48,308 nt of DNA from Dehalococcoidia bacterium (GTDB lineage: Bacteria > Chloroflexota > Dehalococcoidia > Lucifugimonadales > UBA1127), in assembly GCA_963694315.1 (NCBI GenBank), contig CAVOCU010000003.1:1-48308 (forward strand), given 5' to 3'. The position numbers and the translations under genes are program-made. The notes under the pieces were generated by a model. The model had not been told where the DNA came from and did not search any database. It was given only the letters and a program-made list of their open reading frames with translations. Shown here piece after piece: positions 26,849 to 36,378 of this stretch (position 1 is its first letter; every line of letters begins with the position of its first letter).

Positions 26849-27724
26849 ATGCCATTGCGCCCTATTGAGTATGTAGCGGCAAAAACCGTACAAGAAGCCG
26901 TGACGTCCCTAGCAGAGAAAGGTGATGCTGCACGGCCCCTCGCGGGCGGTACAGACCTTATCGTTCAACTGCGAGGCGGCAGACGTATTATCGACCGTGT
27001 GGTCGACCTAAAAGCCATACCTGAGATGAACGAGCTTACCTATAACGCCCAGACCGGACTGCGCATCGGCGCGGCGGTTCCTTGCTATCGGGTCTATAGT
27101 AATGCCGATGTGGCCCGGGCCTACCCCGGCCTTGTTGATGCTGCATCACTGGTAGGCGGCATCCAGATTCAAGGGCGAGGCTCCATTGGCGGGAACCTGT
27201 GCAACGCCGCCCCAAGCGGTGACACCATCCCCGCCCTCATCGCCCACAGCGCGGTAGCAGAGATTACTGGCCCAGGCGGCAACCGTGAAGTCTCCGTAGA
27301 GGAGTTCTGCACCGCCCCAGGCCGCACGGTTCTTCAGGCTGGCGAGATTTTGGTGGCGATCCGACTCCCCGCCCCAGCTGCGAACTTCGGTGCGTGCTAC
27401 ATGCGGTTTATCCCACGGAATGAAATGGACATCGCCGTTGTCGGTGTCGGGGCCTCAGTGGTCTTGAACGGCAACACGGTTACTGCGTGCCGCATAGCGC
27501 TGGCTTCTGTTGCGCCAACGCCTGTGTACGCAACGGCAGCGGGCGCTGCCCTTGTTGGCAAAGAAGCCACTGAAGATAACATGAACGCAGCGGCGGAGGC
27601 GGCCCAGGCCGCAGCCACACCCATCTCAGATATGCGCGGCACGGCCGAGTACCGCACGCACCTCATTGGCGTGCTCACTCGCAGGGCGCTACGAATTGCA
27701 ATCCAGCGCGCGAAGGAGGCCTAA
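26849..27724 (+). CDS. Xanthine dehydrogenase family FAD-binding subunit (CoxM-like)
   Basis: LAGGTDL, G.IGGNLCNAAPSGD, PISDMRG.AEYR. Confidence 0.93.
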   Translation: MPLRPIEYVAAKTVQEAVTSLAEKGDAARPLAGGTDLIVQLRGGRRIIDRVVDLKAIPEMNELTYNAQTGLRIGAAVPCYRVYSNADVARAYPGLVDAASLVGGIQIQGRGSIGGNLCNAAPSGDTIPALIAHSAVAEITGPGGNREVSVEEFCTAPGRTVLQAGEILVAIRLPAPAANFGACYMRFIPRNEMDIAVVGVGASVVLNGNTVTACRIALASVAPTPVYATAAGAALVGKEATEDNMNAAAEAAQAAATPISDMRGTAEYRTHLIGVLTRRALRIAIQRAKEA

Positions 27725-27726
27725 AG

Positions 27727-28212
27727 ATGGCTATAAGCAAGACCCACGTACGAACGACACTTAACGGAGAGGCCACGGAGTATCTCTGTGAGCCGAACCA
27801 GAGCCTGCTAGAAGTCCTTAGGGACGTCCTGCTCCTGACAGGAACCAAAGAGGGTTGCAACGATGGCAACTGCGGCGCGTGTACCGTCAATATGGACGGA
27901 CGCATCGTGGACTCCTGCCTTGTCCTAGGCGTTGAGGCAGAAGGCTGCAAGCTCATGACCATTGAAGGTGTAGCCACCCCGGAGGGCCTGCACCCTATTC
28001 AGCAAGCGTTTCTGGAAAACGCTGCACTCCAGTGCGGCATCTGCACCCCGGGGTTCATTGTTGCTACCAAGGCATTGCTGGAGAAGGAGCCTAGTCCAAC
28101 CGAGGCAAGGATTCGCCATTGGCTGGCCGGCAACCTCTGCCGATGCACGGGCTACGATAAAATCGTCAAGGCTGTTGTGGATGCGGCGAACACCATGGGG
28201 GGGAAGAAGTAA
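27727..28212 (+). CDS. Xanthine dehydrogenase family 2Fe-2S subunit (CoxS-like)
   Basis: GTKEGC..G.CGACTV, QCG.CTPG, GNLCRCTGY. Confidence 0.95.
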   Translation: MAISKTHVRTTLNGEATEYLCEPNQSLLEVLRDVLLLTGTKEGCNDGNCGACTVNMDGRIVDSCLVLGVEAEGCKLMTIEGVATPEGLHPIQQAFLENAALQCGICTPGFIVATKALLEKEPSPTEARIRHWLAGNLCRCTGYDKIVKAVVDAANTMGGKK

Positions 28213-30503
28213 TGACGACAGTAGGCGATAAGAAATACAAGATCATTGGCACACGTCCGATCCGTCACGATGGTGCTGATAAAGTTACAGGCCGGGCGGT
28301 TTACGGCATTGACTACCACATGACCGGCATGCTCTGGGGCAAGATACTTCGCAGCCCCCACGCCCACGCAAACATTCGGGGTATAGATGCCAGGAAGGCT
28401 CTTGCTCTGCCAGGTGTCCATGCCGTTGTAACCGGACAAGACCTTCCGGTTGCAGCAGACAGGGAAGTTGAGGCCGGTGAGACCTCCCTCAACTATATGC
28501 ACTTGAGCGATAACGTTTTGGCAGGCAAGAAAGTACTCTACAAGGGCCATGCAGTTGCGGCAGTGGCTGCTGATTCCGCCCACATTGCGGAAGAGGCTCT
28601 TGCCCTTATTGAAGTTGACTATGAGGTGTTGACGCCGGTGTTGGATGGCCGGGAAGCCATGAAGGCGGACTCAACCCTCATACATCCAGAGCAGACCATT
28701 AAGGCGCTGGCTTTCCGGTTTGACCCTGGTACGGACACCGGGGTCAAGAGCAACATTGCTGGTCGATCTGTCCTCAAACTCGGTGACATCGATGCCGGGT
28801 TCAAGGAAGCTGACGTAGTTGTTGAACGAGAGTTCTCCACCAGCTGGGTTCACCAGGGCTACATTGAGGCCCAGAATGCCACAGCCCTCTGGAGCAGCGA
28901 CGGTACCCTTACTGTTTGGAACAGCAGCCAGGGCACTTTCAACCAACGTCAGCTTTTGGCTGAGATTCTGAAGCAGCCGGTCTCCATGATTAAGATGGTT
29001 CCCCAGGAGATTGGTGGGGGGTTCGGCGGCAAGATTCCCGTATATCTGGAAGTTCCTGCCGCCATGCTTTCCAAGAAGACTGGCCGTCCGGTGAAGATTA
29101 ACATGACTCGCACAGAGGTCTTTGAGGGCACTGGCCCCGCCTCTGGCACGGAATCCAGGGTCAAGATGGGCGCAACCAAAGATGGGAAGATCACTGCGGC
29201 CTATGCAGAGCTTGTTTATGAAGCCGGCGCGTTTCCTGGTTCTGCCGTAGGCGCTGGAGCCCAGGGCATGTTTACCTCCTACAAGATAGATAACGTACTG
29301 ATTGATGGCTATGACGTGGTTGTGAATAAGCCGAAGTCAGCTGCCTACCGTTCCCCAGGCACTCCCCAGGCCTGCTTCGCTTCTGAAAGCGTGATGGATG
29401 AGTTGGCAGAGCAGCTGGGAATGGATCCACTGGAGCTCCGCATTAAGAATGCTGCTGGAGAGGGTGACCGGCGTGCTGATGGCGTCCAGCATCCCTCTAT
29501 GGGCAATCTGGAGTGCATGGAACGACTCATGGCCAGTGACCACTACAAGTCTGACCTTGGCGGCCCAAACCGTGGCCGTGGCGTCGCTTCGGGTTACTGG
29601 GGCAACGCGGGCATGCCTGCTAGCTGCTCAATCTCCATCAACCCGGACGGCACCGTTGGCTTGGCAGAGGGCTCTCCCGACATCGGCGGCTCCAGAGTCG
29701 CCATCGCAATGATGGCTGCGGAGGCATTGGGCATCGCAGCGGAGGACGTCCACCCCAGCATCAAGGACACGGACTCCATTGGCTACAACGGCCTGACCGC
29801 TGGCAGCAGCACTACCCTTCGTAACGGCTGGGCGGTCTTTGAAGTGACCAACCAGGCCATCGCTTTGATGACAACTCGGGCTGCCCGACTCTGGGAGACG
29901 GAACCCGATAACGTGGGCTTTGCTGACGGCGTATTTTTCTCCAAGGCTGAGAAGGAATTGAAACTTACGTTCAAGCAATTGGCTGGCAAGCTGATGGAGA
30001 CCGGTGGCCCCATATCTGTGGCTGCTTCGGTAGCTCCAAGAGGCGCTGGCCCGTCCTTCACCACCCACCTTGTTGATGTAGAGGTTGACCCGGAGACGGG
30101 CAAGGTGGATATACTTCGGTACACAGCGGCACAGGACGTTGGTACCATGATTCACCCCAGCTATGTGGAGGGTCAGGTTCAGGGCGGTGTTGCCCAGGGT
30201 ATTGGCTGGGCTCTCAATGAAGAGTATTTCTTCGATGATAAGGGTCGAATGCTTAATTCCAGCTACCTAGATTACCGAGTTCCCACCATGCTTGATCTTC
30301 CGGCACTTGAGACCATCCTTGTGGAGCATGCCAATCCGGACCATCCCTTTGGTGTCCGTGGCGTGGCTGAAATATCTGTGGTGCCACCAATGGGTGCGAT
30401 ATCTAATGCAATCTACAATGCGGTGGGCGTACGGATGCGTAACCTGCCCATGGCCCCTCACAAGATTGTGAAGGCTCTCTCAGAGAAGAACGGATCTAAG
30501 TAA
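28212..30503 (+). CDS. Xanthine dehydrogenase family molybdopterin-binding subunit (CoxL-like, not CO dehydrogenase)
   Basis: KVTGRA.Y, RSPHAHA, IGGGFGGK, active-site loop AYRSPG, VEVDPETG, GV.E. Confidence 0.93.
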   Translation: MTTVGDKKYKIIGTRPIRHDGADKVTGRAVYGIDYHMTGMLWGKILRSPHAHANIRGIDARKALALPGVHAVVTGQDLPVAADREVEAGETSLNYMHLSDNVLAGKKVLYKGHAVAAVAADSAHIAEEALALIEVDYEVLTPVLDGREAMKADSTLIHPEQTIKALAFRFDPGTDTGVKSNIAGRSVLKLGDIDAGFKEADVVVEREFSTSWVHQGYIEAQNATALWSSDGTLTVWNSSQGTFNQRQLLAEILKQPVSMIKMVPQEIGGGFGGKIPVYLEVPAAMLSKKTGRPVKINMTRTEVFEGTGPASGTESRVKMGATKDGKITAAYAELVYEAGAFPGSAVGAGAQGMFTSYKIDNVLIDGYDVVVNKPKSAAYRSPGTPQACFASESVMDELAEQLGMDPLELRIKNAAGEGDRRADGVQHPSMGNLECMERLMASDHYKSDLGGPNRGRGVASGYWGNAGMPASCSISINPDGTVGLAEGSPDIGGSRVAIAMMAAEALGIAAEDVHPSIKDTDSIGYNGLTAGSSTTLRNGWAVFEVTNQAIALMTTRAARLWETEPDNVGFADGVFFSKAEKELKLTFKQLAGKLMETGGPISVAASVAPRGAGPSFTTHLVDVEVDPETGKVDILRYTAAQDVGTMIHPSYVEGQVQGGVAQGIGWALNEEYFFDDKGRMLNSSYLDYRVPTMLDLPALETILVEHANPDHPFGVRGVAEISVVPPMGAISNAIYNAVGVRMRNLPMAPHKIVKALSEKNGSK

Positions 30504-30507
30504 ACAC

Positions 30508-30783
30508 ATGGCGACAGTTTGGATTCCCAGCCCGTACCGAGATTTGGCAGGCGGAGAGCAGACAGCCGTTGTTGCCGGAGCCTCGGTGCGGCAGGTCACG
30601 CGGAACCTGGATACGGCGTTTCCTGGCTTTTGGGAGCGATTGGTGGACGAGGAGACTGACCGCATCCGTGCGGGTATCTCGGTGGTTATCAACGGCATTG
30701 TGGTGGGCACTGCCCTCCATGAGCCTGTCGGGGAGAACGATGAGGTTCACTATCTCCCTGCCATCGGCGGCGGGCAGCCTTAG
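30508..30783 (+). CDS. MoaD/ThiS ubiquitin-like sulfur carrier
   Basis: V.IP..YR, V...PAIGG followed by GQP. Confidence 0.85.
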   Translation: MATVWIPSPYRDLAGGEQTAVVAGASVRQVTRNLDTAFPGFWERLVDEETDRIRAGISVVINGIVVGTALHEPVGENDEVHYLPAIGGGQP

Positions 30784-30831
30784 GCTGCTTCTCGCTCCTG
30801 CGGTTACCTAAGAGTATAGATAGGACAATAG

Positions 30832-30870
30832 AGAAAGCCCCTGAACATTCAGGGGCCTTCTTGTTTTCTT
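30832..30870 (+). terminator. Rho-independent terminator
   Basis: GCCCCTGAA-CA-TTCAGGGGC followed by a T-rich tract. Confidence 0.75.
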
Positions 30871-30931
30871 TGCTGCCATTCCCCTTATCGGGAGGTAAAC
30901 ATAGTCCTGGGGTAACCGCAGAATTATAGGT

Positions 30932-30947
30932 AGAGGACTAGTCCTCT
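30932..30947. repeat. GGACTAGTCC palindrome, copy 3
   Basis: Perfect 16-bp palindrome AGAGGACTAGTCCTCT preceded by ATAGG. Confidence 0.7.
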
Positions 30948-31471
30948 TAGACGCCCATCCAGTGCTTACCCTGTGCTAGGCCCTTGATGTAGGCAGCCTG
31001 TCCTGCGTGTTGGGTGTTGTCGCTGATGATGCTGGCTAGCCGAACCCCGACAGTGGGTAGGGGCGTGTACTGTGGCTCGTCCAATTCCCTGTCCAGATCT
31101 GCTGCTGACATTGGGCTGAGGACTTCCTTGGTTCGCTCATACACAGCGTCGTGATAGGCTTGCAGCGTTTCCGCGTCCGGGCGAATCTTGGCCACGTCTT
31201 CCGGTGTGTGACCCGTGCCCGTGTTCTTCACGTCAGCTTCCATACCAAACTTCGCATGCCAGCCGTCTGCCGTCCAGAGTTGTTCTTTGCCTGCCATGTC
31301 AGACATGTGATGATCCTGCACCCTGCTCAGGTGCCAGATGACCCACGCTGTGGAGTTGGCGCTCTCCGCTGGGCGGTAGTACAACTGCTCCGGCGTCATG
31401 CCGTCCAGTACGCGCCGAATGGCGTTCTGAACACGTCCTAAGGCATCGATAACGATTACATTGCCGTCCAT
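30947..31471 (-). CDS. DinB-family protein, mycothiol-S-transferase-like
   Basis: NS.AW..WHL.RVQD.H, TGTGHT, VGVRL.S...D..QH.GQAAY. GGAGG before ATG 31471. Confidence 0.88.
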   Translation of the reverse strand: MDGNVIVIDALGRVQNAIRRVLDGMTPEQLYYRPAESANSTAWVIWHLSRVQDHHMSDMAGKEQLWTADGWHAKFGMEADVKNTGTGHTPEDVAKIRPDAETLQAYHDAVYERTKEVLSPMSAADLDRELDEPQYTPLPTVGVRLASIISDNTQHAGQAAYIKGLAQGKHWMGV

Positions 31472-31574
31472 GAAAAGCCTCCGGAAATAGATAGGCCCAC
31501 TGCGGAGCCATGCTGTAAGCATCAGGAAGTGTAGAGGTCTGATAGGTATGCTGTCAAACCCGGAGAGAGGTGCG

Positions 31575-32555
31575 TTAGGTGGTGGTTAAGGTGGATGATT
31601 TAGCTTGAACGGCTTCTTGCACCAGGTCGTTCCACTGGGACTGCTCCATCGCTGGACTCACCATCGCTGATAAGTCGGTGCACCACTGCTTCAACTCTTG
31701 TAGGAACGCGGGTTCGTTCTCCAATCGCGTCAACACCCTGGCAAGGTCGTGTTCGTCCCCGGTCTCGTAGTAACCGGGGTAATCCTCGCCAAGCATGCCT
31801 ACGGAGCCAGCGATGCGCGACGATATGACGGGAATCCCGTCTGCCAGTGCCTCAGAGACCACGTTTGCGCCACCCTCGGCTAGAGACGTCAGCACCATCG
31901 CCTGACTCTTGGCCATCACGCGACGTGCCTTCCACCGTGGCATTTCACCCAGCCATCGATAACGAGGATTGCTTGCTGTTTCCGCCCTTGCTGTCACTTC
32001 CATCTCGCTGTTCATGGCCCCACCTACTTGAATCACCTGTAGCTGTGACGATTCAGGAAGTAACCGAGCCGCAAGGGCCGTTCGCATTGGATCCTTTACG
32101 GGCCGGAGATGGCCTATGACAGATACGTTGAACATTTTCCCTGATGGTTGGTGGCCTCCGGGAGTTTGTCGAGCTGACTGAAAGATCGACCGTGCTTTGT
32201 CACGGACATGAATGGGTAACTCGTTCATGCCTAGGGGTTGGAGCATCATCATGCGTGTCGCCAGCTCCAGGGAACGCTGTGCCTCTGACTTCTCATGGAT
32301 GTCCTGGTAAAGGTCCGTGCCCGTCAGAGCTAAGACGATGGGTAGTTCTGGGTGGAGCTTGCTGAACAACTCAACGGAATCTGCGCTACGCCAGGCGTGG
32401 AGCGCCAGCAGCAAGTCGCAGTTTGCGCCCTTGTACGTCTCCTCTATGACAACGCGGTGGCCCAACGACTTCAGGATGCGCGACCAGCGTAACGCTGAGG
32501 TCATGTTGCCGTGACGTGATGCCCTTGGCACCGGACAGATAAGTCTGATGTTCAT
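31575..32555 (-). CDS. senB: Selenoneine biosynthesis selenosugar synthase (TIGR04348-type glycosyltransferase)
   Basis: GN..SA.RW, ALHA.RS, LTGTDLY.D, GHLR.VKDP, S..EGGANV.SEA, G..G.LG.DYPGY. Adjacent to a senA-like gene. Confidence 0.9.
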   Translation of the reverse strand: MNIRLICPVPRASRHGNMTSALRWSRILKSLGHRVVIEETYKGANCDLLLALHAWRSADSVELFSKLHPELPIVLALTGTDLYQDIHEKSEAQRSLELATRMMMLQPLGMNELPIHVRDKARSIFQSARQTPGGHQPSGKMFNVSVIGHLRPVKDPMRTALAARLLPESSQLQVIQVGGAMNSEMEVTARAETASNPRYRWLGEMPRWKARRVMAKSQAMVLTSLAEGGANVVSEALADGIPVISSRIAGSVGMLGEDYPGYYETGDEHDLARVLTRLENEPAFLQELKQWCTDLSAMVSPAMEQSQWNDLVQEAVQAKSSTLTTT

Positions 32556-32592
32556 GGTTGTGTAAGTACACTACTCCCGTTTGATTACTTAC

Positions 32593-33936
32593 CTAGAGTG
32601 CGCAGGTTCTGAACCCTGCTAGTACGTCCCTGCGGTCTGGCGGAAAAAAATTCCTCCACGTGTTACGGATGAGCCGTGACCGTGTGGCCCACGCTCCCCC
32701 GCGGAGCACCTTGCGCGTCCAGAACCACGGCGCTGAGTATTCCTTGTATGGGTCAATGATGAACCCAGGGTACGGGCCAAAGGCATCGCTGCACCACTCC
32801 CACACGTTGCCCATCATCTGACGGCAGCCGAACGCGCTGTCACCCGCGCCGAGGGCTCGCACATCAACGCACCCAAGGGCCATAGAGTCCATGTTTGCGT
32901 GTTCCGGTGTTGGTGGCGTATCTCCCCACGGGTAGATGCGCTTCTCTGTCGTGATGCTTTTACCATCAGCAGACGGAACTATGCTGGCGGCCATCTCCCA
33001 CTCAGCTTCCGTGGGGAGCCTGCGACCTGCCCACGCACAGTAGGCGTTCGCCTCGTACCACGTAATGTGGATGATGGGGTGGTGCGGCTCTAGCGGCACC
33101 ACGGTGTCAAAGTAGCGATATTGCCATGTGCCGCCAGGCCCGGAGACCCAGTACCACGGGTGTTGGGCTGTTTCGCGTTCTCGCCACAGCCACCCCTCAG
33201 TGGACCAGAACTCCTTGCGTTCGTAGCCGCCGTCGTTCACAAAACGCTGGTACTGCTCGTTGGTCACTGGCGTATTGGAAATGTTGAACGGCGCAACCTG
33301 GACAACATGGCCCCACTTCTCGTTGTCAAAGACGAAGGGCACCTGATCGGTAATCTGTGCGCCCAGAACCATAGACCCACCGGGCACGGACACATCGCCC
33401 ATCACGAAGCTAAGATCTGGCGATGGCGGTGAACCGGGTCGGATGCCAGTAATGGTTGGCGGCGTGTATCCCAGTGTTTGGCGCGTGCACGTCAACGCCT
33501 CGCCGTGCATGTCTTCATGGAGTGTGGTCAGGCGGTAGAAGTACGCGTCGTCTTGCGTGGGCTCTGCGCCGTTCAATCGCTCAAGGTGAGCCAGCGATTT
33601 GTCCATCACAGATTGCATGTACGTCAGCGAGCCATCCCGCGAGGGCAGTGGCAGCTCCCACCGAGAATCGTGCGACACCTCGAAGGAGTTGTATAGCTCG
33701 TCCGCGTTTGCGATGAGGGAATTCTCTTTGTCCAGGTTCCTTGAGACCCAGCGCTCCTGGAACCAGCCTACGTGGCCTATCTCCCACAGCGGCGGGTTCA
33801 CAATATCTATTGTTGGCCCGTACATCTGCTCGCTATCGAAGTCCGCTATCACTTCCAGTAGCCGTTTACGTGAGTCCAGCGCTTCGGTTGCTAGCTTTGA
33901 TGTTAGGGAATGAGCGTTTTTGTCGGTAATGGCCAT
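32593..33936 (-). CDS. senA: Selenoneine synthase (EgtB-like DinB plus FGE-sulfatase domains)
   Basis: NPPLWE.GH.GWFQE.W, HEDMH.EA, FVFDNEKW.H, RLPTEAEWE, GNVWEW, LRGG.WAT, GFRTC. Confidence 0.9.
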   Translation of the reverse strand: MAITDKNAHSLTSKLATEALDSRKRLLEVIADFDSEQMYGPTIDIVNPPLWEIGHVGWFQERWVSRNLDKENSLIANADELYNSFEVSHDSRWELPLPSRDGSLTYMQSVMDKSLAHLERLNGAEPTQDDAYFYRLTTLHEDMHGEALTCTRQTLGYTPPTITGIRPGSPPSPDLSFVMGDVSVPGGSMVLGAQITDQVPFVFDNEKWGHVVQVAPFNISNTPVTNEQYQRFVNDGGYERKEFWSTEGWLWRERETAQHPWYWVSGPGGTWQYRYFDTVVPLEPHHPIIHITWYEANAYCAWAGRRLPTEAEWEMAASIVPSADGKSITTEKRIYPWGDTPPTPEHANMDSMALGCVDVRALGAGDSAFGCRQMMGNVWEWCSDAFGPYPGFIIDPYKEYSAPWFWTRKVLRGGAWATRSRLIRNTWRNFFPPDRRDVLAGFRTCAL

Positions 33937-33987
33937 GAATCCTATCCCTTGGAAAGTTCCTACTAGGGTACCCGCAAACAGCCCACA

Positions 33988-33997
33988 GGACTAGTCC
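33988..33997. repeat. GGACTAGTCC palindrome, copy 4
   Basis: Lies in the divergent senA/RidA intergenic region. Confidence 0.65.
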
Positions 33998-34090
33998 GCG
34001 CTTTACGGGGTTAGGTGCATATTGTTGGGGTTAGGTTCACGTGATGTACACTATGGCCCTTGCTGAATATAACCTGGAAAGGAACGAGAC

Positions 34091-34477
34091 ATGCCGAAGA
34101 AAGAGATTATTGCTCCCGCCGCGTTGGGCCGTACAAACCCCAGCCTCTCGCCCGCAACAAAGTTTGGTAACCTGGTGTTCGTGTCCGGCCAAACAGGACG
34201 CAACCCCTCCACTGGCGAGGTTGGCGCCGATGTCCGGGAGCAGACCCGCAACGTGATGGAGCGCATCAAAATTGTTCTGGAAGACGCTGGCACAACGATG
34301 GACAACGTGTTGTCCGCTACCTGCTGGCTAAAGGACGCAGGCGATTTTGCTGCCTTCAACGAGGAGTACGACAAGTATTTCCCCGGCTCTAAGCCTGCCA
34401 GGGCTACAGTGCAGGCCACTCTGATGGGCGCTGGGCTGGTTGTTGAGGTCATGGTTACAGCCTGCATCCCTGACTAG
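34091..34477 (+). CDS. RidA family protein
   Basis: LVFVSGQ, F..FN..Y..YF...KPAR.TV, VE. Confidence 0.92.
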   Translation: MPKKEIIAPAALGRTNPSLSPATKFGNLVFVSGQTGRNPSTGEVGADVREQTRNVMERIKIVLEDAGTTMDNVLSATCWLKDAGDFAAFNEEYDKYFPGSKPARATVQATLMGAGLVVEVMVTACIPD

Positions 34478-34534
34478 CTGCCTCTGCCTGCTTTCATCTA
34501 CAATGGCGGAACAGTTCCACGGGAGCGGTTGGCG

Positions 34535-34984
34535 ATGGGCGTTCATGAACACCTTGGCGATGGGGAACGGATTGTACTTCAGCACAATCCGTTCTATCTG
34601 ACTACCCATCGATTGCTCCGGTGTGAGGACATAAGTGACAACGATTCCTTCAGAGAGATACCCCTGATGGGAATGACAGAAGTGGAAGAACTCAGGGTAA
34701 TGGACCACAGAATCATGTCAGTTGGGGTAATCCTGGTAGTCTCTGGCGTCATCATCATTGCCACCTGGGTGTTGTTTACCGCCTTTCTTGGAGTAATCGC
34801 CGGAGTTGCTGCTCTGATTTTAGGCGCAAAGGGCAAGGCGATTGGGTACCAGGTGCAGTCGCCCCGCATACTGGAGCGAGAGCTGGACATGTGGAGATTG
34901 CCTAGCTGGGGGACTGAAAACTTCGTTAGCAAGCTCCAGGCCATCGCAGCAGAGAATCAGGACCCATTCTCCTCAAAACACTGA
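34535..34984 (+). CDS. Hypothetical membrane protein (PH-like region with TM hairpin)
   Basis: 150-aa ORF, L.DGE.I and YLT.HRL pattern, central TM hairpin. Confidence 0.65.
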   Translation: MGVHEHLGDGERIVLQHNPFYLTTHRLLRCEDISDNDSFREIPLMGMTEVEELRVMDHRIMSVGVILVVSGVIIIATWVLFTAFLGVIAGVAALILGAKGKAIGYQVQSPRILERELDMWRLPSWGTENFVSKLQAIAAENQDPFSSKH

Positions 34985-35109
34985 GGATTCAGGCCGTAGG
35001 GCTTGTGGTAGCGGTTCCATAGGGTGTACCTTCCCAGAGTTTGAAGAGTGGCAGGCGCTCAGGTGAGATGCATCTGGGCCATAAAAGAGTAAGAACACAG
35101 GAGGAAACG

Positions 35110-36267
35110 ATGATTCGGAGTACAGATAGAATTCGGACGATGCACGCTGGCACACTCCCCAGGCCCACCGAACTTCGGGACATGGTTGTTGCCAAGGAGA
35201 CCGGGAAAGAATACGACAAGGCCAAGTTCACCCAGCAGGTCCAGGCAACAATCAAAGAGAACGTCAAGCTGCAGATCGCCTCGGGCATCGATAGCGTTAA
35301 CGACGGCGAAGTCAGCAAGCTGAGCTTCACCAACTACATCAGCGACCGCATGGGTGGCATCGAGAAGCGTAAGCCTTCCGATGGCCCTGCACCGTTCGGC
35401 ATCAACGGCCGCGACACTGCGGAGTTCATGGAGTACTTCGTGAACAAGGGTGGAGGTTTCACCGGCCTCGGCTCCAATCCTTCCTACTTTGTGACGGGAC
35501 CGGTCACCTATACCGGACAGGCCGCCATCCAGGCTGACATTGATAACTTCAAGGCCGGACTGGAAGGCTTCAACCCGGAAGAGACCTTCCTCCCTGCCGT
35601 TACCCCTGGCACCATGGAGCACTGGCTGAAGAACGAGCACTACAAGAGTGACGAAGAGTATCTTGGTGCGCTGGCTGATGCCCTCCACGTAGAGTACAAG
35701 GCCATTGTGGACGCGGGCTTCTTGCTCCAGATTGACGACCCGGATCTCCCGGACGCCTGGCAGATGCACCCGGAGATGTCTGTGAAGGACTATCAGAAGT
35801 TTGCAGGACTCCGCGTAGATGCGCTCAACCAGGCCATCGGGGATATCCCGGCGGAGAAGGTTCGTTTCCACACATGTTGGGGCAGTTACAGGGGCCCCCA
35901 CAAGTATGATGTACCTCTGCGGGACATGGTGGACTTGATTCTTCGGGTCAATGCCGTCGGCTACTCCATTGAAGCATCCAACCCCATGCATGAGCATGAG
36001 TGGGCTGTATGGAAGGACGTGAAGCTGCCAGATGGCAAAGTGCTCATCCCCGGCGTCATTGGGCACGCCAGCGATTTCATTGAGCACCCGGAGTTGGTTG
36101 CACAGCGCCTCGTACGCTACGCCAACATCGTGGGTAAAGAGAACATCATGGCAGGGACAGACTGTGGCATTGGCTCCCGTGTGGGGCATGCCAAGATATG
36201 CTGGGCCAAGTTCGAGGCCATGTCAGAGGGTGCCCGCATTGCCTCCAAGGAACTTTGGGGCAAGTAA
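35110..36267 (+). CDS. Cobalamin-independent methionine synthase II family protein (single barrel)
   Basis: H.G.LPRP, G.D..NDGE, LQIDDP, Zn ligands HTCWG, E and DCG. AGGAGG RBS. Confidence 0.92.
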   Translation: MIRSTDRIRTMHAGTLPRPTELRDMVVAKETGKEYDKAKFTQQVQATIKENVKLQIASGIDSVNDGEVSKLSFTNYISDRMGGIEKRKPSDGPAPFGINGRDTAEFMEYFVNKGGGFTGLGSNPSYFVTGPVTYTGQAAIQADIDNFKAGLEGFNPEETFLPAVTPGTMEHWLKNEHYKSDEEYLGALADALHVEYKAIVDAGFLLQIDDPDLPDAWQMHPEMSVKDYQKFAGLRVDALNQAIGDIPAEKVRFHTCWGSYRGPHKYDVPLRDMVDLILRVNAVGYSIEASNPMHEHEWAVWKDVKLPDGKVLIPGVIGHASDFIEHPELVAQRLVRYANIVGKENIMAGTDCGIGSRVGHAKICWAKFEAMSEGARIASKELWGK

Positions 36268-36290
36268 CTACCAATTAGGTAATTGAAGTA

Positions 36291-36331
36291 TCAGCCAGCC
36301 TTTAGTCGCTTAATGGCTAAAGGCTGGCTGA
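36291..36331. terminator. Hairpin after the MetE-II gene
   Basis: TCAGCCAGCCTTTAG...CTAAAGGCTGGCTGA. Confidence 0.7.
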
Positions 36332-36378
36332 TTCCTTGAACGTGACCATTACAACGTGAAAGGGAGGAACTCGGACTC

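Noticed and set aside
28212-30503. Aerobic CO dehydrogenase
   Set aside because: The active-site loop is AYRSPG, not AYxCSFR, and no coxDEFG genes are present.
35059-36189. Long antisense ORFs (376 aa opposite MetE-II; also 46172-46906 opposite dnaK and 13473-14186)
   Set aside because: They are shadows of codon bias in well-supported genes on the other strand, with no motifs or RBS.
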